Program-made: the position numbers and the translations under genes
The notes under the pieces: generated by a model
The model's database searches: none
Seen by the model: only the letters and a program-made list of their open reading frames with translations
Told to the model about the DNA's origin: nothing
Source: Patescibacteria group bacterium
Lineage (GTDB): Bacteria > Patescibacteriota > Microgenomatia > CAYGWK01
Reading direction: 5' to 3'
NCBI GenBank assembly: GCA_049322615.1
Contig: JBMORX010000009.1
Coordinates: forward strand, 57,120 to 121,119
Length of the DNA stretch: 64,000 bases
Shown: piece after piece, positions 1 to 9,811 of the stretch
Layout: each line of letters begins with the position of its first letter
How positions within the stretch are numbered: position 1 is the stretch's first letter

Positions 1-245
1 GCCAGAGCCATGGGTAGGTTCGGCATAACAACCGCTAAAGTGAGAAAACTCCCCGCAGCCAGAAGATAAAGAATCTCTTTGACATATGGATAACGTTCGT
101 TAAGCCTCTGGAGTTTTTTCTCAAGTGAGTCTTTGTCCTGTTGGAAAATTTTTGCTGCTTTCTCCCAATCTACTTTGGAAAAATCTTCTTTCGCTTCTGA
201 TGACTTTGCCTTCTTAATTTTCCTTATTATCTTAATTTTCTTCAC
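1..245 (-). CDS. N-terminal part of a hypothetical protein, possibly a CPR PaaX-like regulator (runs off the window)
   Basis: Manual translation from GTG at 245: MKKIKIIRKIKKAKSSEAKEDFSKVDWEKAAKIFQQDKDSLEKKLQRLNERYPYVKEILYLLAAGSFLTLAVVMPNLPMAL; open to the window edge. Confidence 0.55.
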   Translation of the reverse strand, partial: MKKIKIIRKIKKAKSSEAKEDFSKVDWEKAAKIFQQDKDSLEKKLQRLNERYPYVKEILYLLAAGSFLTLAVVMPNLPMAL

Positions 246-466
246 TGTTTCAAATTAGTAAATTTATTTATAATTAATTTGGTTTATTTAAAGCTTAATC
301 TGGATTTAGCTTATTCTATTCTGGTCGCAAAGTCAAGCGACCGCATAGTTTTGCGGCCGGGGGGTAAACGTAAGAGGGAAACCTTGGTTTTTGATTAATA
401 GCGGATAAATCCTAAAACATCAAGCATTCTTAAACGGCCAACCATTCCTCAGGGATCAGGAGCTGA

Positions 467-1066
467 CTAGTCAATGATTCTGGTATCATATATAAATGGA
501 CATTGGTGCTCAGGATCGACGTGAACTATTTGTCTTTCAAAGTGTGTTATCCTAAAAGGACTTTCGGGCTTAAATAATCTGTCTGAACCAAATGTTACTT
601 TGTAGCAGATATTCCAGGGTTCCTCTGGATTAGTCTTAATTTTTGAGTCTATGCCAATGGATTCATTAATTTTACCTCTTAAATTGGCTGAGAATGAAAC
701 TTCATCTTCTTCCATGGGCGTCTTTCGGTTAATCAGCAAAACTACTTCATCGTCACTTCCGTAAACACTCAAGTGAGAAACAGTTAAACTTTCCTTATCG
801 GTAAGGAATGGTTGGCCTTCCCGTACCTTTCCCTCTGTCTGAGCTTTCCTATAAGCAACAATTTTATTCTGCCAATATTTGATTAATTTTTCTGAGTATT
901 CTGCGCGAAGTTGGAGAAGTCTTCCGGTATTGCCATTGGTATCGAGTTCACGGGTAAGCGCCTCAAAAGCTTCTGCCAGTAACGCAGAATGCGGAATTTC
1001 AGAAAGTTCCTGTGCTTCCCGGTCAGTGATTTGAAGAGGAAAGAATTCCTCTGGTAATCAGGCCAT
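467..1066 (-). pseudogene. Hypothetical ~199-codon gene with an in-frame TGA at codon 3
   Basis: ATG(1066)-GCC-TGA followed by an uninterrupted frame that joins ORF 467..772. Confidence 0.5.
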
Positions 1067-1121
1067 ACTGGTTAAGGAGGCAGTGTTAATACGATACTCT
1101 CTTAAAAGTTGTCTGTCAAGT

Positions 1122-3170
1122 TTAATTTGGTTCGATGGGTTTGAGGGTGAATCTTTTGAGTTTTTCTTGCAGAGCAGGGAACTGGTTTAATTTGTCGATA
1201 ACCGACTCGGCGGCTTGGCGGGTTTGCTTAATAAGCCCCAGGTCAGTAAACGAGGCGACTCTTAAATCGGGAAATCCGTGTTGGGCGGTGCCATAGATTT
1301 CTCCAGGACCGCGAAGTTTTAAATCGAGTTCTGCCAGCTCTGCCCCAATGTACATTTTTTCCATAGCTTTAAGACGCTGAATTGCCCTTCCTTCGGTCAC
1401 CTCGGTGAAAAGGAGACAGAAAGACTGTTTGACGCTCCGGCCTACCCTGCCCCGAAGTTGGTGAAGCTGAGCCAAACCAAATCTGTCCGCAGCCTCAATC
1501 ATCATAATCGTCGCCTGGGGAATATCGATTCCGACCTCAACCACCGGAGTTGAAACAAGAACATCAAGAGTGCCCTGGCGAAATCTGTCAATTACTTCAT
1601 CTTTTTCTTTGCTTTTTAGTCTACCGTGTAAAAGTCCAAGTTTAAGGTCCGGAAAGATTTTTTTTGAAAGATTCTCAAACTCTACCGTTGCCGCTTTAAT
1701 AGACTTTAATGTTTCGCTTTCCTCAATTAAAGGACAAATAATAAAAGCCTGCTCGCTTGTCCCTTTTACCCTTTGTCTGATCCAGTTGTAGGCAGGCTGC
1801 CTTTTTATTGGCGGCACGACCCAGGTTTTTATTCTTTGTCTTCCCGGAGGCATCTCATCAAGAACTGAAAGGTCTAAATCTCCATACAAGGTAAGAGCAA
1901 TAGTTCTCGGGATTGGGGTGGCGGTCATGGTTAAAATGTGAGGGCTGGAGCCTTTCTTGATTAGCTCTCCTCTCTGTTCTACTCCAAAGCGGTGTTGTTC
2001 ATCAATGATGACAAGCCCAAGATTTTCAAATTTAATCCCTTTTTGGATTAGGGCATGGGTGCCGATATAAACATTGGGTGGGAAGTGGGAAGTGGGAAGT
2101 GGGAAGTGTTTTTTGCTTCCAGTCAAGAGAGCGATCTTTATTCCAAAGGGAGAAAGAAGTTGGTTTAAGGTCTGGTAGTGCTGGTTTGCCAAAATTTCTG
2201 TTGGCGCCATCAGAACAGACCGGAAGCCATTAAGATAAGCAATGTAGACAGCAATAGCGGCAACCACGGTTTTTCCTGAGCCAACATCGCCTTCTAAAAG
2301 TCGATTCATGGGTTTATCAAAAGCTAGATTGGCGAGGATCTCCCGGAGAGAGCGTTTTTGAGCACCGGTTAATTCGAATGGAAGGCTGTGAATAAAATCT
2401 AAAACTTTTTCCTGATCAATAAAAAATTTATTGGAGAGGGTTTTCTTTTGCCAATCTTGTTTTCTCTTCAAGCCTGCCAGTTGGATTAAGAAAAGTTCGT
2501 CAAAGGCGAGACGATTCCTTGCCTGTTCTGCCTGGATTTTATTTTCAGGAAAGTGGATCCAGCGTAAAGCAGGTGGCAAATTGAGTAAATTATATGTTTG
2601 AGTAATCTCTTTCGGCAAAAAATCATTTATGGATGGTAATATCTGTTCGAGTAATGGAGCAATTCGGGAACGAAGCCATTTTGAGGAAACGCCATAAGTT
2701 TCTGGATATATTGGGACTAGTCGACCTGTGTGGATAGCTTTCTGTTGTCTGTCTTCTGTTATCTGTTTTCTGAGTAGTTCATACTCTGGGGAAACCATGA
2801 CAATATTTCTACCAAACCAGTCTACTTTACCCGAGAGATTATACCACTCCCCTACTTTGATAGTTTTAACTAAAAACGGCTGGTTAAACCAAACGATTTC
2901 AATTTTGTCTGTGCTGTCCGCTACTTCCGCTTTTTGAATTTTTTTGCCAGATCGGGTGTATTCGTTTTTAATTGAAAGAACCTGACCTTTAATGGTGAGC
3001 GTTTCTCCAGGCTGGACTCTTGAAATGTCGGAGACCAAAGAGAAATCTTCGTAGCGGTGAGGGAAATGATAAATTAAATCTTCAACCGTTTTTATGCCAA
3101 GCTTTGAAAGTCTTTTGGCAAAAATCGGTCCAACCATATAGAGTTTAGAAACTGGGGTAGATAAGTCCAT
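1122..3170 (-). CDS. recG: ATP-dependent DNA helicase RecG
   Basis: OB wedge domain, GDVGSGKT, DEQHRFG, MTATPIPRT, QLRGRVGR. Confidence 0.97.
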   Translation of the reverse strand: MDLSTPVSKLYMVGPIFAKRLSKLGIKTVEDLIYHFPHRYEDFSLVSDISRVQPGETLTIKGQVLSIKNEYTRSGKKIQKAEVADSTDKIEIVWFNQPFLVKTIKVGEWYNLSGKVDWFGRNIVMVSPEYELLRKQITEDRQQKAIHTGRLVPIYPETYGVSSKWLRSRIAPLLEQILPSINDFLPKEITQTYNLLNLPPALRWIHFPENKIQAEQARNRLAFDELFLIQLAGLKRKQDWQKKTLSNKFFIDQEKVLDFIHSLPFELTGAQKRSLREILANLAFDKPMNRLLEGDVGSGKTVVAAIAVYIAYLNGFRSVLMAPTEILANQHYQTLNQLLSPFGIKIALLTGSKKHFPLPTSHFPPNVYIGTHALIQKGIKFENLGLVIIDEQHRFGVEQRGELIKKGSSPHILTMTATPIPRTIALTLYGDLDLSVLDEMPPGRQRIKTWVVPPIKRQPAYNWIRQRVKGTSEQAFIICPLIEESETLKSIKAATVEFENLSKKIFPDLKLGLLHGRLKSKEKDEVIDRFRQGTLDVLVSTPVVEVGIDIPQATIMMIEAADRFGLAQLHQLRGRVGRSVKQSFCLLFTEVTEGRAIQRLKAMEKMYIGAELAELDLKLRGPGEIYGTAQHGFPDLRVASFTDLGLIKQTRQAAESVIDKLNQFPALQEKLKRFTLKPIEPN

Positions 3171-3222
3171 TAAACTAATTATACCACCCAGCTGAGCTGG
3201 GTATTAACCCCGCTTAGCGGGG

Positions 3223-3333
3223 TCAGCGAAAGATTGTGGAGAGGAACGGAAGAAATGAAGTTAGAATAAGCGCCAAAGAGGCAACAACGACAATTATCGT
3301 CCAGAGTTTTTGTTGTTTTTTAGAAATCTTCAT
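3223..3333 (-). CDS. Small single-TM protein (36 aa)
   Basis: Manual translation MKISKKQQKLWTIIVVVASLALILTSFLPFLSTIFR; basic N-terminus plus hydrophobic helix, co-oriented between tyrS and recG. Confidence 0.6.
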   Translation of the reverse strand: MKISKKQQKLWTIIVVVASLALILTSFLPFLSTIFR

Positions 3334-3354
3334 GAATCGCTGATTAGCGCTGAT

Positions 3355-4635
3355 TTATTGCTGATTAGCGCTGATTTTCAAGAATTTTCTTTTTCCAACT
3401 TTTATAATCATTCCGTCTTTAATAGTAATTGGTAATTGGTAATTGGTAATTGGATTGCCATCTATTTCCACTGCTTTCTGTCCGACCAGCCTTTTTGCTT
3501 CGGATCTACTTGTCGCCATGCCTGTACTAACCAGAAGCCCTATTACGTTAACAGAGGATTCTGACATATTGACTACTGGGATGTTGTCAGGTATTTCTTT
3601 TCGTTGAATTTGTCTCTCAAATTTTTTTTCTGCCTGGTGGACTTCGTCTGCGGAATGATAGAGAACCGTGATGTTTCTTGCTAGAATTTTTTTAAGGTCC
3701 ATTGGATGAATATCTCCTGTTTTCCATCGACTAATGAGAGACTTAACTTGTTCAAGAGGCAAGTCTGTTGCTAATTCAAAGAAAATTGGCATCAATTCAT
3801 CAGGGATAGACATTATTTTAAAAAACATGTTTGCTGAGGAATCTAATAAGTCAACAGTATTACCAAGGCTCTTACTCATTTTTTCTTGACCATCAATTCC
3901 TGGAAGATATTTTGTTAAAATGACTTCTTCTGGACGCTGACCAAACGATTTTTGTAAGTCTCGAGTCAGGACGAAATTGAAACGTTGATCAATTCCCCCC
4001 AGCTCCACGTCTGCCTTTACAGCCACTGAGTCATACGCTTGTAAAACAGGATAGAGCATTTCATGGAAAGCCAATACTTTCCCATCCTTCACTCTTTTAG
4101 AAAAAGTTTCATGAGACATTAATTGTCCATAAGTAACTTTTGACATTAATCTAATCAATTTTTCAAGATCAAATTGGCCATACCATTCGGATTGAAGACG
4201 AATCTCGGTTTTGTCGCGATCTAAAATCTTATAAACCTGCTGGAAATATTTTTCTGCATTTCGTTGGACCTCTTCTGCGCTTAATACTTTTCTTGTTGCG
4301 CTCATACCAGAAGGGTCACCTATTCTAGCGGTGTAATCACCGATTATAAAAACGGCTACATGTCCTAATTCCTGAAATTGTTTTAATTTTCTGATTGGAA
4401 CTGCATGTCCAATATGGGCAGACCGCATAGTGGGATCAATGCCGTATTTAACTCTAAGAGGTTTTTTTTCTAGAAGACGGTCTTTTAACCCTTGTTCTGT
4501 AATTATGTCTGCAACGCCTCGTTTTAGAATTTCATTTTCTAAATCTCGCTTTTCATCTTCTTGAAAACTATTCAAACCTAATGGCTGAGTCTCTTTATTA
4601 TTGTGGGTCATTTTTTTCTTTTTGTGTTTTAACAT
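3355..4635 (-). CDS. tyrS: Tyrosyl-tRNA synthetase
   Basis: KYGIDPT, HIGH, YPVLQAYD, GGIDQ, KMSKS, C-terminal S4 domain. Confidence 0.96.
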   Translation of the reverse strand: MLKHKKKKMTHNNKETQPLGLNSFQEDEKRDLENEILKRGVADIITEQGLKDRLLEKKPLRVKYGIDPTMRSAHIGHAVPIRKLKQFQELGHVAVFIIGDYTARIGDPSGMSATRKVLSAEEVQRNAEKYFQQVYKILDRDKTEIRLQSEWYGQFDLEKLIRLMSKVTYGQLMSHETFSKRVKDGKVLAFHEMLYPVLQAYDSVAVKADVELGGIDQRFNFVLTRDLQKSFGQRPEEVILTKYLPGIDGQEKMSKSLGNTVDLLDSSANMFFKIMSIPDELMPIFFELATDLPLEQVKSLISRWKTGDIHPMDLKKILARNITVLYHSADEVHQAEKKFERQIQRKEIPDNIPVVNMSESSVNVIGLLVSTGMATSRSEAKRLVGQKAVEIDGNPITNYQLPITIKDGMIIKVGKRKFLKISANQQ

Positions 4636-4893
4636 TTTTAACCCCCACCTATTATTATATCATTATGGGGAGGGACATTCTTCCAGCGGTAGCATTTTTG
4701 TCTCATCTCCCTGTGTTTCTACAAACTTATCTTCATAAGTTTGAATTTTCCGCAAGGATTCGAGTAATATTTTCCGTAGGCCATCTTGTATCTTTTTTTC
4801 TTTTTCCGTCTATAAGGCGATTAACATATAGTTGGAGTTTTGCATGAAGTTAATTTTTGTCTTATTTAACTTGCACTATTTCTTTCGTCTCCT

Positions 4894-5814
4894 TTATTTT
4901 GTAGCTCTTTCGATAATAGCCTCAACTTTTTCTTCGAAAGTAATGCGACCAAGAGAGCCAAATAGCTTTTCGTAGAGCCTAACTATACCCATTAAATGGC
5001 GTCTAGCTCCACCTAAAGATTTATCGCCCATAATACTTTTTGCTTGCATCAATTTTCTTGCGGCATCTTCTCCACGCCTTAACAAAATTCTATTTTCTCC
5101 AGCAACGTGAATGTACGGGGAGGCCTTTGGTCTAGTTTTGTCAAGAGTTCTTCCGGCTTCTAGATAAACAAAAGATAAATCACCACCTATCTTGTCTTTG
5201 TACTCTCTATCAAAAACTCTTTCATCAAAACCCAAATTAGTTTCGGAGGCTTGGATTATCCAACCCATCTTTACAGTCACTCCTTTATATTCTCGATACC
5301 ATTCCATATCGGCCATTTCTCTCTTCACATACTCGTGTTTATCTGTCTCAATGTTATTATAGATATGAGTGTATTCAGGGGATTGAGCAAATTCGGAAGC
5401 AAGAATTATCTCGAGATTTTCAAGACCAAAGTTTTCTCTCATTCTTGTAAGAATTTCCCTGACAGAGGCAGTTTGTCTATCAATCTCAGAATCTCTAAAA
5501 AGCTTATTGCTTTTTGCATGTGTATCAGCAATATGGTGATAAATCATTTTCATTCCCATTGTTCTTCTTATTCTTTCTGCTACAAATACCATCGCCAAAA
5601 CATCAAACGGTAAGGCTAAAGATAGTTCTCTGGCCGTACAAAGACCTGTTCCATAATAAATAGATCCACTCTCTTGTTTTACAGCCTTAGGGTTAATCCC
5701 CGCCAACGATGGAGCAACTTCAATCAATGGTTCGTTCCGGATGAGATTTTGAAAAATTTGTAACCGATCTTTTTCCTCTTGTTCGACCATAGATTGGTTT
5801 AATTCTTTTTCCAT
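4894..5814 (-). CDS. TyrRS/TrpRS-like Rossmann-fold protein lacking HIGH/KMSKS (aaRS paralog or CDPS-like)
   Basis: IYYGTG strand, IADTHA (cf. ADxHA of archaeal-type TyrRS), ASEF, YVKRE, KASPY at the KMSKS position; no anticodon-binding domain. Confidence 0.55.
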   Translation of the reverse strand: MEKELNQSMVEQEEKDRLQIFQNLIRNEPLIEVAPSLAGINPKAVKQESGSIYYGTGLCTARELSLALPFDVLAMVFVAERIRRTMGMKMIYHHIADTHAKSNKLFRDSEIDRQTASVREILTRMRENFGLENLEIILASEFAQSPEYTHIYNNIETDKHEYVKREMADMEWYREYKGVTVKMGWIIQASETNLGFDERVFDREYKDKIGGDLSFVYLEAGRTLDKTRPKASPYIHVAGENRILLRRGEDAARKLMQAKSIMGDKSLGGARRHLMGIVRLYEKLFGSLGRITFEEKVEAIIERATK

Positions 5815-5843
5815 TATATACTATTACTCAATTTTAATCTAAT

Positions 5844-6563
5844 TTACCTTAAGGCATTTATAAAATTAAAAAAAATCTGTTTTCTTGGTCCGTGAGAAAC
5901 GGAGAAACCTTGTCTTATTGCCAAAAAAATATCTACCCCTCGTTTTTCTAACTCTTCCCTTCTACTCTCTAAAATTTTTCTGGCTTTCTCTGGTGAAATT
6001 TCTGGATGGAACTGGATTCCCCACACAGGGTTAGTGGAGTAACGGAACGCTTGTACCTCGCAAAGCGGAGATTGTGCTAGATTTATTGCATTTTTTGGAA
6101 GAAGTGTAACCTGATCTTTATGGTATTGAAACGACCAAAATTCATCAGGCATGTTAGAGAAAAGTGGGTCAGCTTTACCATTGCTATTAAGAACAATTTT
6201 TGACCATCCTATCTCCGAATTTTCGGCTGACAACTTAACCTCACCACCTAGGATATGTGCTAAAAGTTGATGCCCTAGGCAGATCCCTAATACTGCTTTG
6301 TCTTTGGCTATCATATCGGCTATAAAATCAGCTTCTTTTTTAAGATAGTCATATTGTGGTAAGTGCATTTCGTACACACCCATCGACCCACCACTTATAA
6401 TTACCGCCTCAAAGTCAGAATTCGAAGGCACTTCTTCGCCAAGATGTACTCTTGAAATTTCCCCTCTTCCTCCGGCTGGTTTAATTAGCTCTTTTATGCC
6501 TTCTGCGCGTCTTTCAGCATTCTCAATAATTAGAGTTCGTATTTGCTCTTTCATAAGTTCCAA
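5844..6563 (-). CDS. Class I glutamine amidotransferase-like protein (possible gamma-glutamyl hydrolase)
   Basis: ISGG, GICLGHQ nucleophile elbow, QFHPE triad; stand-alone. Confidence 0.9.
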   Translation of the reverse strand: MELMKEQIRTLIIENAERRAEGIKELIKPAGGRGEISRVHLGEEVPSNSDFEAVIISGGSMGVYEMHLPQYDYLKKEADFIADMIAKDKAVLGICLGHQLLAHILGGEVKLSAENSEIGWSKIVLNSNGKADPLFSNMPDEFWSFQYHKDQVTLLPKNAINLAQSPLCEVQAFRYSTNPVWGIQFHPEISPEKARKILESRREELEKRGVDIFLAIRQGFSVSHGPRKQIFFNFINALR

Positions 6564-7852
6564 TCAGGTTTTCGACCTGTTCTTCGCAAATAACTGGCAG
6601 GATAATTTTCATTAGGCTTAAGATGAATCTTCAAAAATTTGCCATCTTTTCCTAGGCGAATCCGCCGGTATTCTTCTTGAGGATTTCGAATAGTAAACTT
6701 TTCAATTTTTTTCCAATCCGGGCGGATACCAAGACCTTTTCCTCGTATAGGTAGAAAATTTTTAGTCTGCGGATCGAAAAGAAATTTCTCTTTAATCAGA
6801 TGTTTCTCATCACGAAACCAATCTGTTGAGGGTTCCCAACCATCACCCGGTAGAGTAGTTGTTGCTAAAGTAGCGGCTGCTTGTTGGTCATAGGCCCGAC
6901 CGATAGCTGTAGGAAAAGTCCCCCCCACCATATTTTTAGTTTTTTCCTGAGTCATCGGAAGAATAGCTTTTTCAATCTCTTGGGCATGATAAAGCCCCCC
7001 CACTTTATGTATCTTAAAATTTAAAGAAAGATTAGCTTTTGTGCACTCAACTGCATTTTTTAAGGTGACAAATGATTCATCTGCCATTACCGGTGTTTCA
7101 TATCCGTATTGTCTTAGTGCTTCTTTGGCAAAAACAAGCCCTTCAATATTGCTCTCTTCTTTTGTGGGTTGTTCCATGAAAAGGAGAGAAGAAAGATTGA
7201 CCCCCATTTTTTTTAAAATCAAAACCAATTCTTTAAATTCTTCCGGTTCGTATCGAGCATTGAAATCAAGAACGAAAGGAATTTGTTTCTCACAAGATAA
7301 CAATGCTACAGCTTTAATTGTTGCAGTATCTTCCTCTTTTGTTTTACCAACTTTAGGTTTAGGAATAAAACCATGTTGAAATTTTCCTTCAACTTCAGCA
7401 ATTAGTAATGCTGTCTCGCTTTGAAAAGAAATACTGGCAAGCGCTTGCCCCCCCAGCCTTTTCTGTCCATACATTTCTAAAATTGACTTTTCATCCATTT
7501 GACCATAAAGGTCATCTAAGGCCATATTTAAAGCAGTGAAAGCAGCTGGAAATCGTTCAAGCAAAGCCCTTCTTAGAGCCTTATCAGTTAGTATACTTTC
7601 TCTTTCTTCAACATTTCTCCCCTCAATTTCTAGTCGTGATAAGGCCCAATATATATCCCAAGCGTCGTAGGTGGAGAAGGGGAAGTCAATACTGGCTTCG
7701 CCGATTCCCTCCATCATTCCAGATTCATCTAAGGCCTTGATTATGAACAATACCCGTGGTAGTTTTTCTAATGCCCCGAATCCTAAAGGGAATGGCCGTT
7801 CCAGATCAATTCCAAGAAGGTATGGTTTAGTTTCTAAAATTTCGTAGCGCAT
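6551..7852 (-). CDS. Enolase-superfamily enzyme (MLE / dipeptide-epimerase subgroup)
   Basis: GIGEA, KPKVG (KxK), DFN, EQP, ADES metal ligands, KIHKVGG. Confidence 0.85.
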   Translation of the reverse strand: MRYEILETKPYLLGIDLERPFPLGFGALEKLPRVLFIIKALDESGMMEGIGEASIDFPFSTYDAWDIYWALSRLEIEGRNVEERESILTDKALRRALLERFPAAFTALNMALDDLYGQMDEKSILEMYGQKRLGGQALASISFQSETALLIAEVEGKFQHGFIPKPKVGKTKEEDTATIKAVALLSCEKQIPFVLDFNARYEPEEFKELVLILKKMGVNLSSLLFMEQPTKEESNIEGLVFAKEALRQYGYETPVMADESFVTLKNAVECTKANLSLNFKIHKVGGLYHAQEIEKAILPMTQEKTKNMVGGTFPTAIGRAYDQQAAATLATTTLPGDGWEPSTDWFRDEKHLIKEKFLFDPQTKNFLPIRGKGLGIRPDWKKIEKFTIRNPQEEYRRIRLGKDGKFLKIHLKPNENYPASYLRRTGRKPDWNL

Positions 7853-9268
7853 TTATTGGTATAATCCCTTTATCTCTTCTAACGCCAACGCTAATGATTT
7901 TTTTCTGGGGAGACCTTTTTTTTGGAAGCGATAAAACTTTTCTGCTAATTGATCAGACAGTGATCCTGTCATAAGTCTTTTTTCTAAAGTAGTAAGATAC
8001 TCTTCATATTGTTCTTCAGGGATTTCAAGCCAAGCGAGACCTTCTCTTGCCCTGTTTATTTGTCTTGCTAAGATATCTCTGGTTGTTTCTTTTTTTAGCT
8101 CGTTATCGACAAAATCCCACATTTCTCCCCAAAGCCCATGAATCATTACTGAATTTCTATTTTCTTCAATTAAAGATAGGTTAAGTAGCGACTCATTTTC
8201 CTTTTGTGACCAGGCAAGCCTTCCTACATAAAACAGAATCATCCCAATATTTTCAAAAACTGTTGATTGCATCGATGTTGGTCTAAACTCAATTACAGCA
8301 GAATTATCTTTAAACTTAACCCTAACATCTCTCCAATTGAGACCGGTAGCGATGGCTAAAGAATTTTCAGGGGAATAAAGAATAAAAGGATATGCTGCCA
8401 TTCTCTGAAAGTAATCTCTTAGGTCCTTATAGTAGATCCCAGGGAGTCCAATCCTTGTAATTGCTCCTTTTTCGGCTTCTTCAATGGTTCGCGTATCGTG
8501 ACTTATCTCCCAAACCATCATTCTAAGCTCTGATAATCCGGTGTCCTTATTACTCAAAAATCTAGCATTGCCTCCTAATGCCATAGCGAATGGAACTATG
8601 ATGAACGATCTATTAAGTTTATCTACCGCGTCTTCAAAATTTTTTGCTTCTAAGTTAACCTGCATAGCATTGCAAACTGCAACCACAGCAGCGTCTCGCA
8701 CGTCTACCTGCTCTTTTGTGCCAATTATAGTATTAAGACCCCATCTTTTATTTTCGTTATGAAAGTTGGGAACAAGGACATATTTTTCCCTAGTTGACCT
8801 TTTAATTTTGTGGATCTCAACAAAAGGATTCGTACCACAGCTTATAGTTAAAAGGTTTCTCTTACGAGTAGCTGCTAGCATGAGGTTTACCCGCGAGCCT
8901 AGTTCATCCTCGAGTACGTTCACACCGCTACCTAAAATATCTATCGGGTCAGTCCGTAGTTCCATCTGGAAAGCCCCTAATTCTACATCCGCAAGTTTAT
9001 ATTTATCAGATCTTCCCTCGTTTAATTCATTCATAATTACATCTCTTGCGCTTTCAGGAGCCTGGCTTAGGTCTTCTTGTAAGAAGGAGTACTCCATTTC
9101 CAACCCTATTTTTACAACCTTCTCCGTTTTTCTATATTTATCTGGATTATTGAGTATTTCTTGGTATTGATCGTAATAAGCCCGACGCATCTCATCTTCT
9201 CTCTTTTCTCTTTCAGTCAATTTAGACATAAGTGGTAAGACCCATTTATCTTTATCTTTTTCTATCAT
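7853..9268 (-). CDS. Glutamate-cysteine ligase family 2 (carboxylate-amine / gamma-glutamyl ligase)
   Basis: IGLEMEY, ELGAFQMELRTDP, MQVNL, WRDVRVK, IEFRP; start placed at ATG 9268. Confidence 0.82.
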   Translation of the reverse strand: MIEKDKDKWVLPLMSKLTEREKREDEMRRAYYDQYQEILNNPDKYRKTEKVVKIGLEMEYSFLQEDLSQAPESARDVIMNELNEGRSDKYKLADVELGAFQMELRTDPIDILGSGVNVLEDELGSRVNLMLAATRKRNLLTISCGTNPFVEIHKIKRSTREKYVLVPNFHNENKRWGLNTIIGTKEQVDVRDAAVVAVCNAMQVNLEAKNFEDAVDKLNRSFIIVPFAMALGGNARFLSNKDTGLSELRMMVWEISHDTRTIEEAEKGAITRIGLPGIYYKDLRDYFQRMAAYPFILYSPENSLAIATGLNWRDVRVKFKDNSAVIEFRPTSMQSTVFENIGMILFYVGRLAWSQKENESLLNLSLIEENRNSVMIHGLWGEMWDFVDNELKKETTRDILARQINRAREGLAWLEIPEEQYEEYLTTLEKRLMTGSLSDQLAEKFYRFQKKGLPRKKSLALALEEIKGLYQ

Positions 9269-9412
9269 ATTTCTTCTTTTCAAAATATCCGCCTTATACT
9301 TATAGCGGATAGTCAATGTAGATATTATTATAACTTACAATGTCAATTTTTTCACAATTGACATTGAGCCGACCACAACGAGAAAGCTAGCCAGCCCCAG
9401 ACTAGGTTGAAC

Positions 9413-9784
9413 TCAATCGCGTCTAGTTTTCTCAATTCTTCTATAAAAATTTAACATATCGGGCTTACTATTTCGAAGATGAGGAGGCGCTGTTTCTTCG
9501 CTCCCAAAATATGGAGGGTAGTTTTCCACCCCTACTCCGTCGTACAGAAGGTTTTTTTCGTCTCTTATAATTATCCTTATGAAGGTGTGTGTTAATCCTG
9601 GAGATATCTCGGCTTCTCTCGCCTCACATTTAATAGGTAGATTTTGCTCTGAGATAAGTCTCTCAATTTCGTTAATTGTAATTGAGGTCCAAACTCTACA
9701 AAACCCTTTCCGACATGCCTCAGAAACTGATTTGTTTTGCGAAAGGTATTCCGGTAAGGAAGACATAAGTCTCTCAGAAATCAT
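9413..9784 (-). CDS. Hypothetical protein
   Basis: 123-aa ORF, no recognised motif. Confidence 0.6.
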   Translation of the reverse strand: MISERLMSSLPEYLSQNKSVSEACRKGFCRVWTSITINEIERLISEQNLPIKCEAREAEISPGLTHTFIRIIIRDEKNLLYDGVGVENYPPYFGSEETAPPHLRNSKPDMLNFYRRIEKTRRD

Positions 9785-9811
9785 TTACTTTTAATTTGAA
9801 AGACAAAAGAG

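Noticed and set aside
1-245. Cas2-related gene indicating a CRISPR locus
   Set aside because: Only an N-terminal fragment is visible and no array or other cas genes are in the window
1058-1060. TGA recoding (genetic code 25 or selenocysteine)
   Set aside because: Conserved genes here end in TGA (e.g. uvrC, the enolase-family gene) and no other in-frame TGA was seen
4640-4890. Tyr leader peptide upstream of tyrS
   Set aside because: No Tyr-rich uORF or terminator found on the coding strand; looks like degraded sequence
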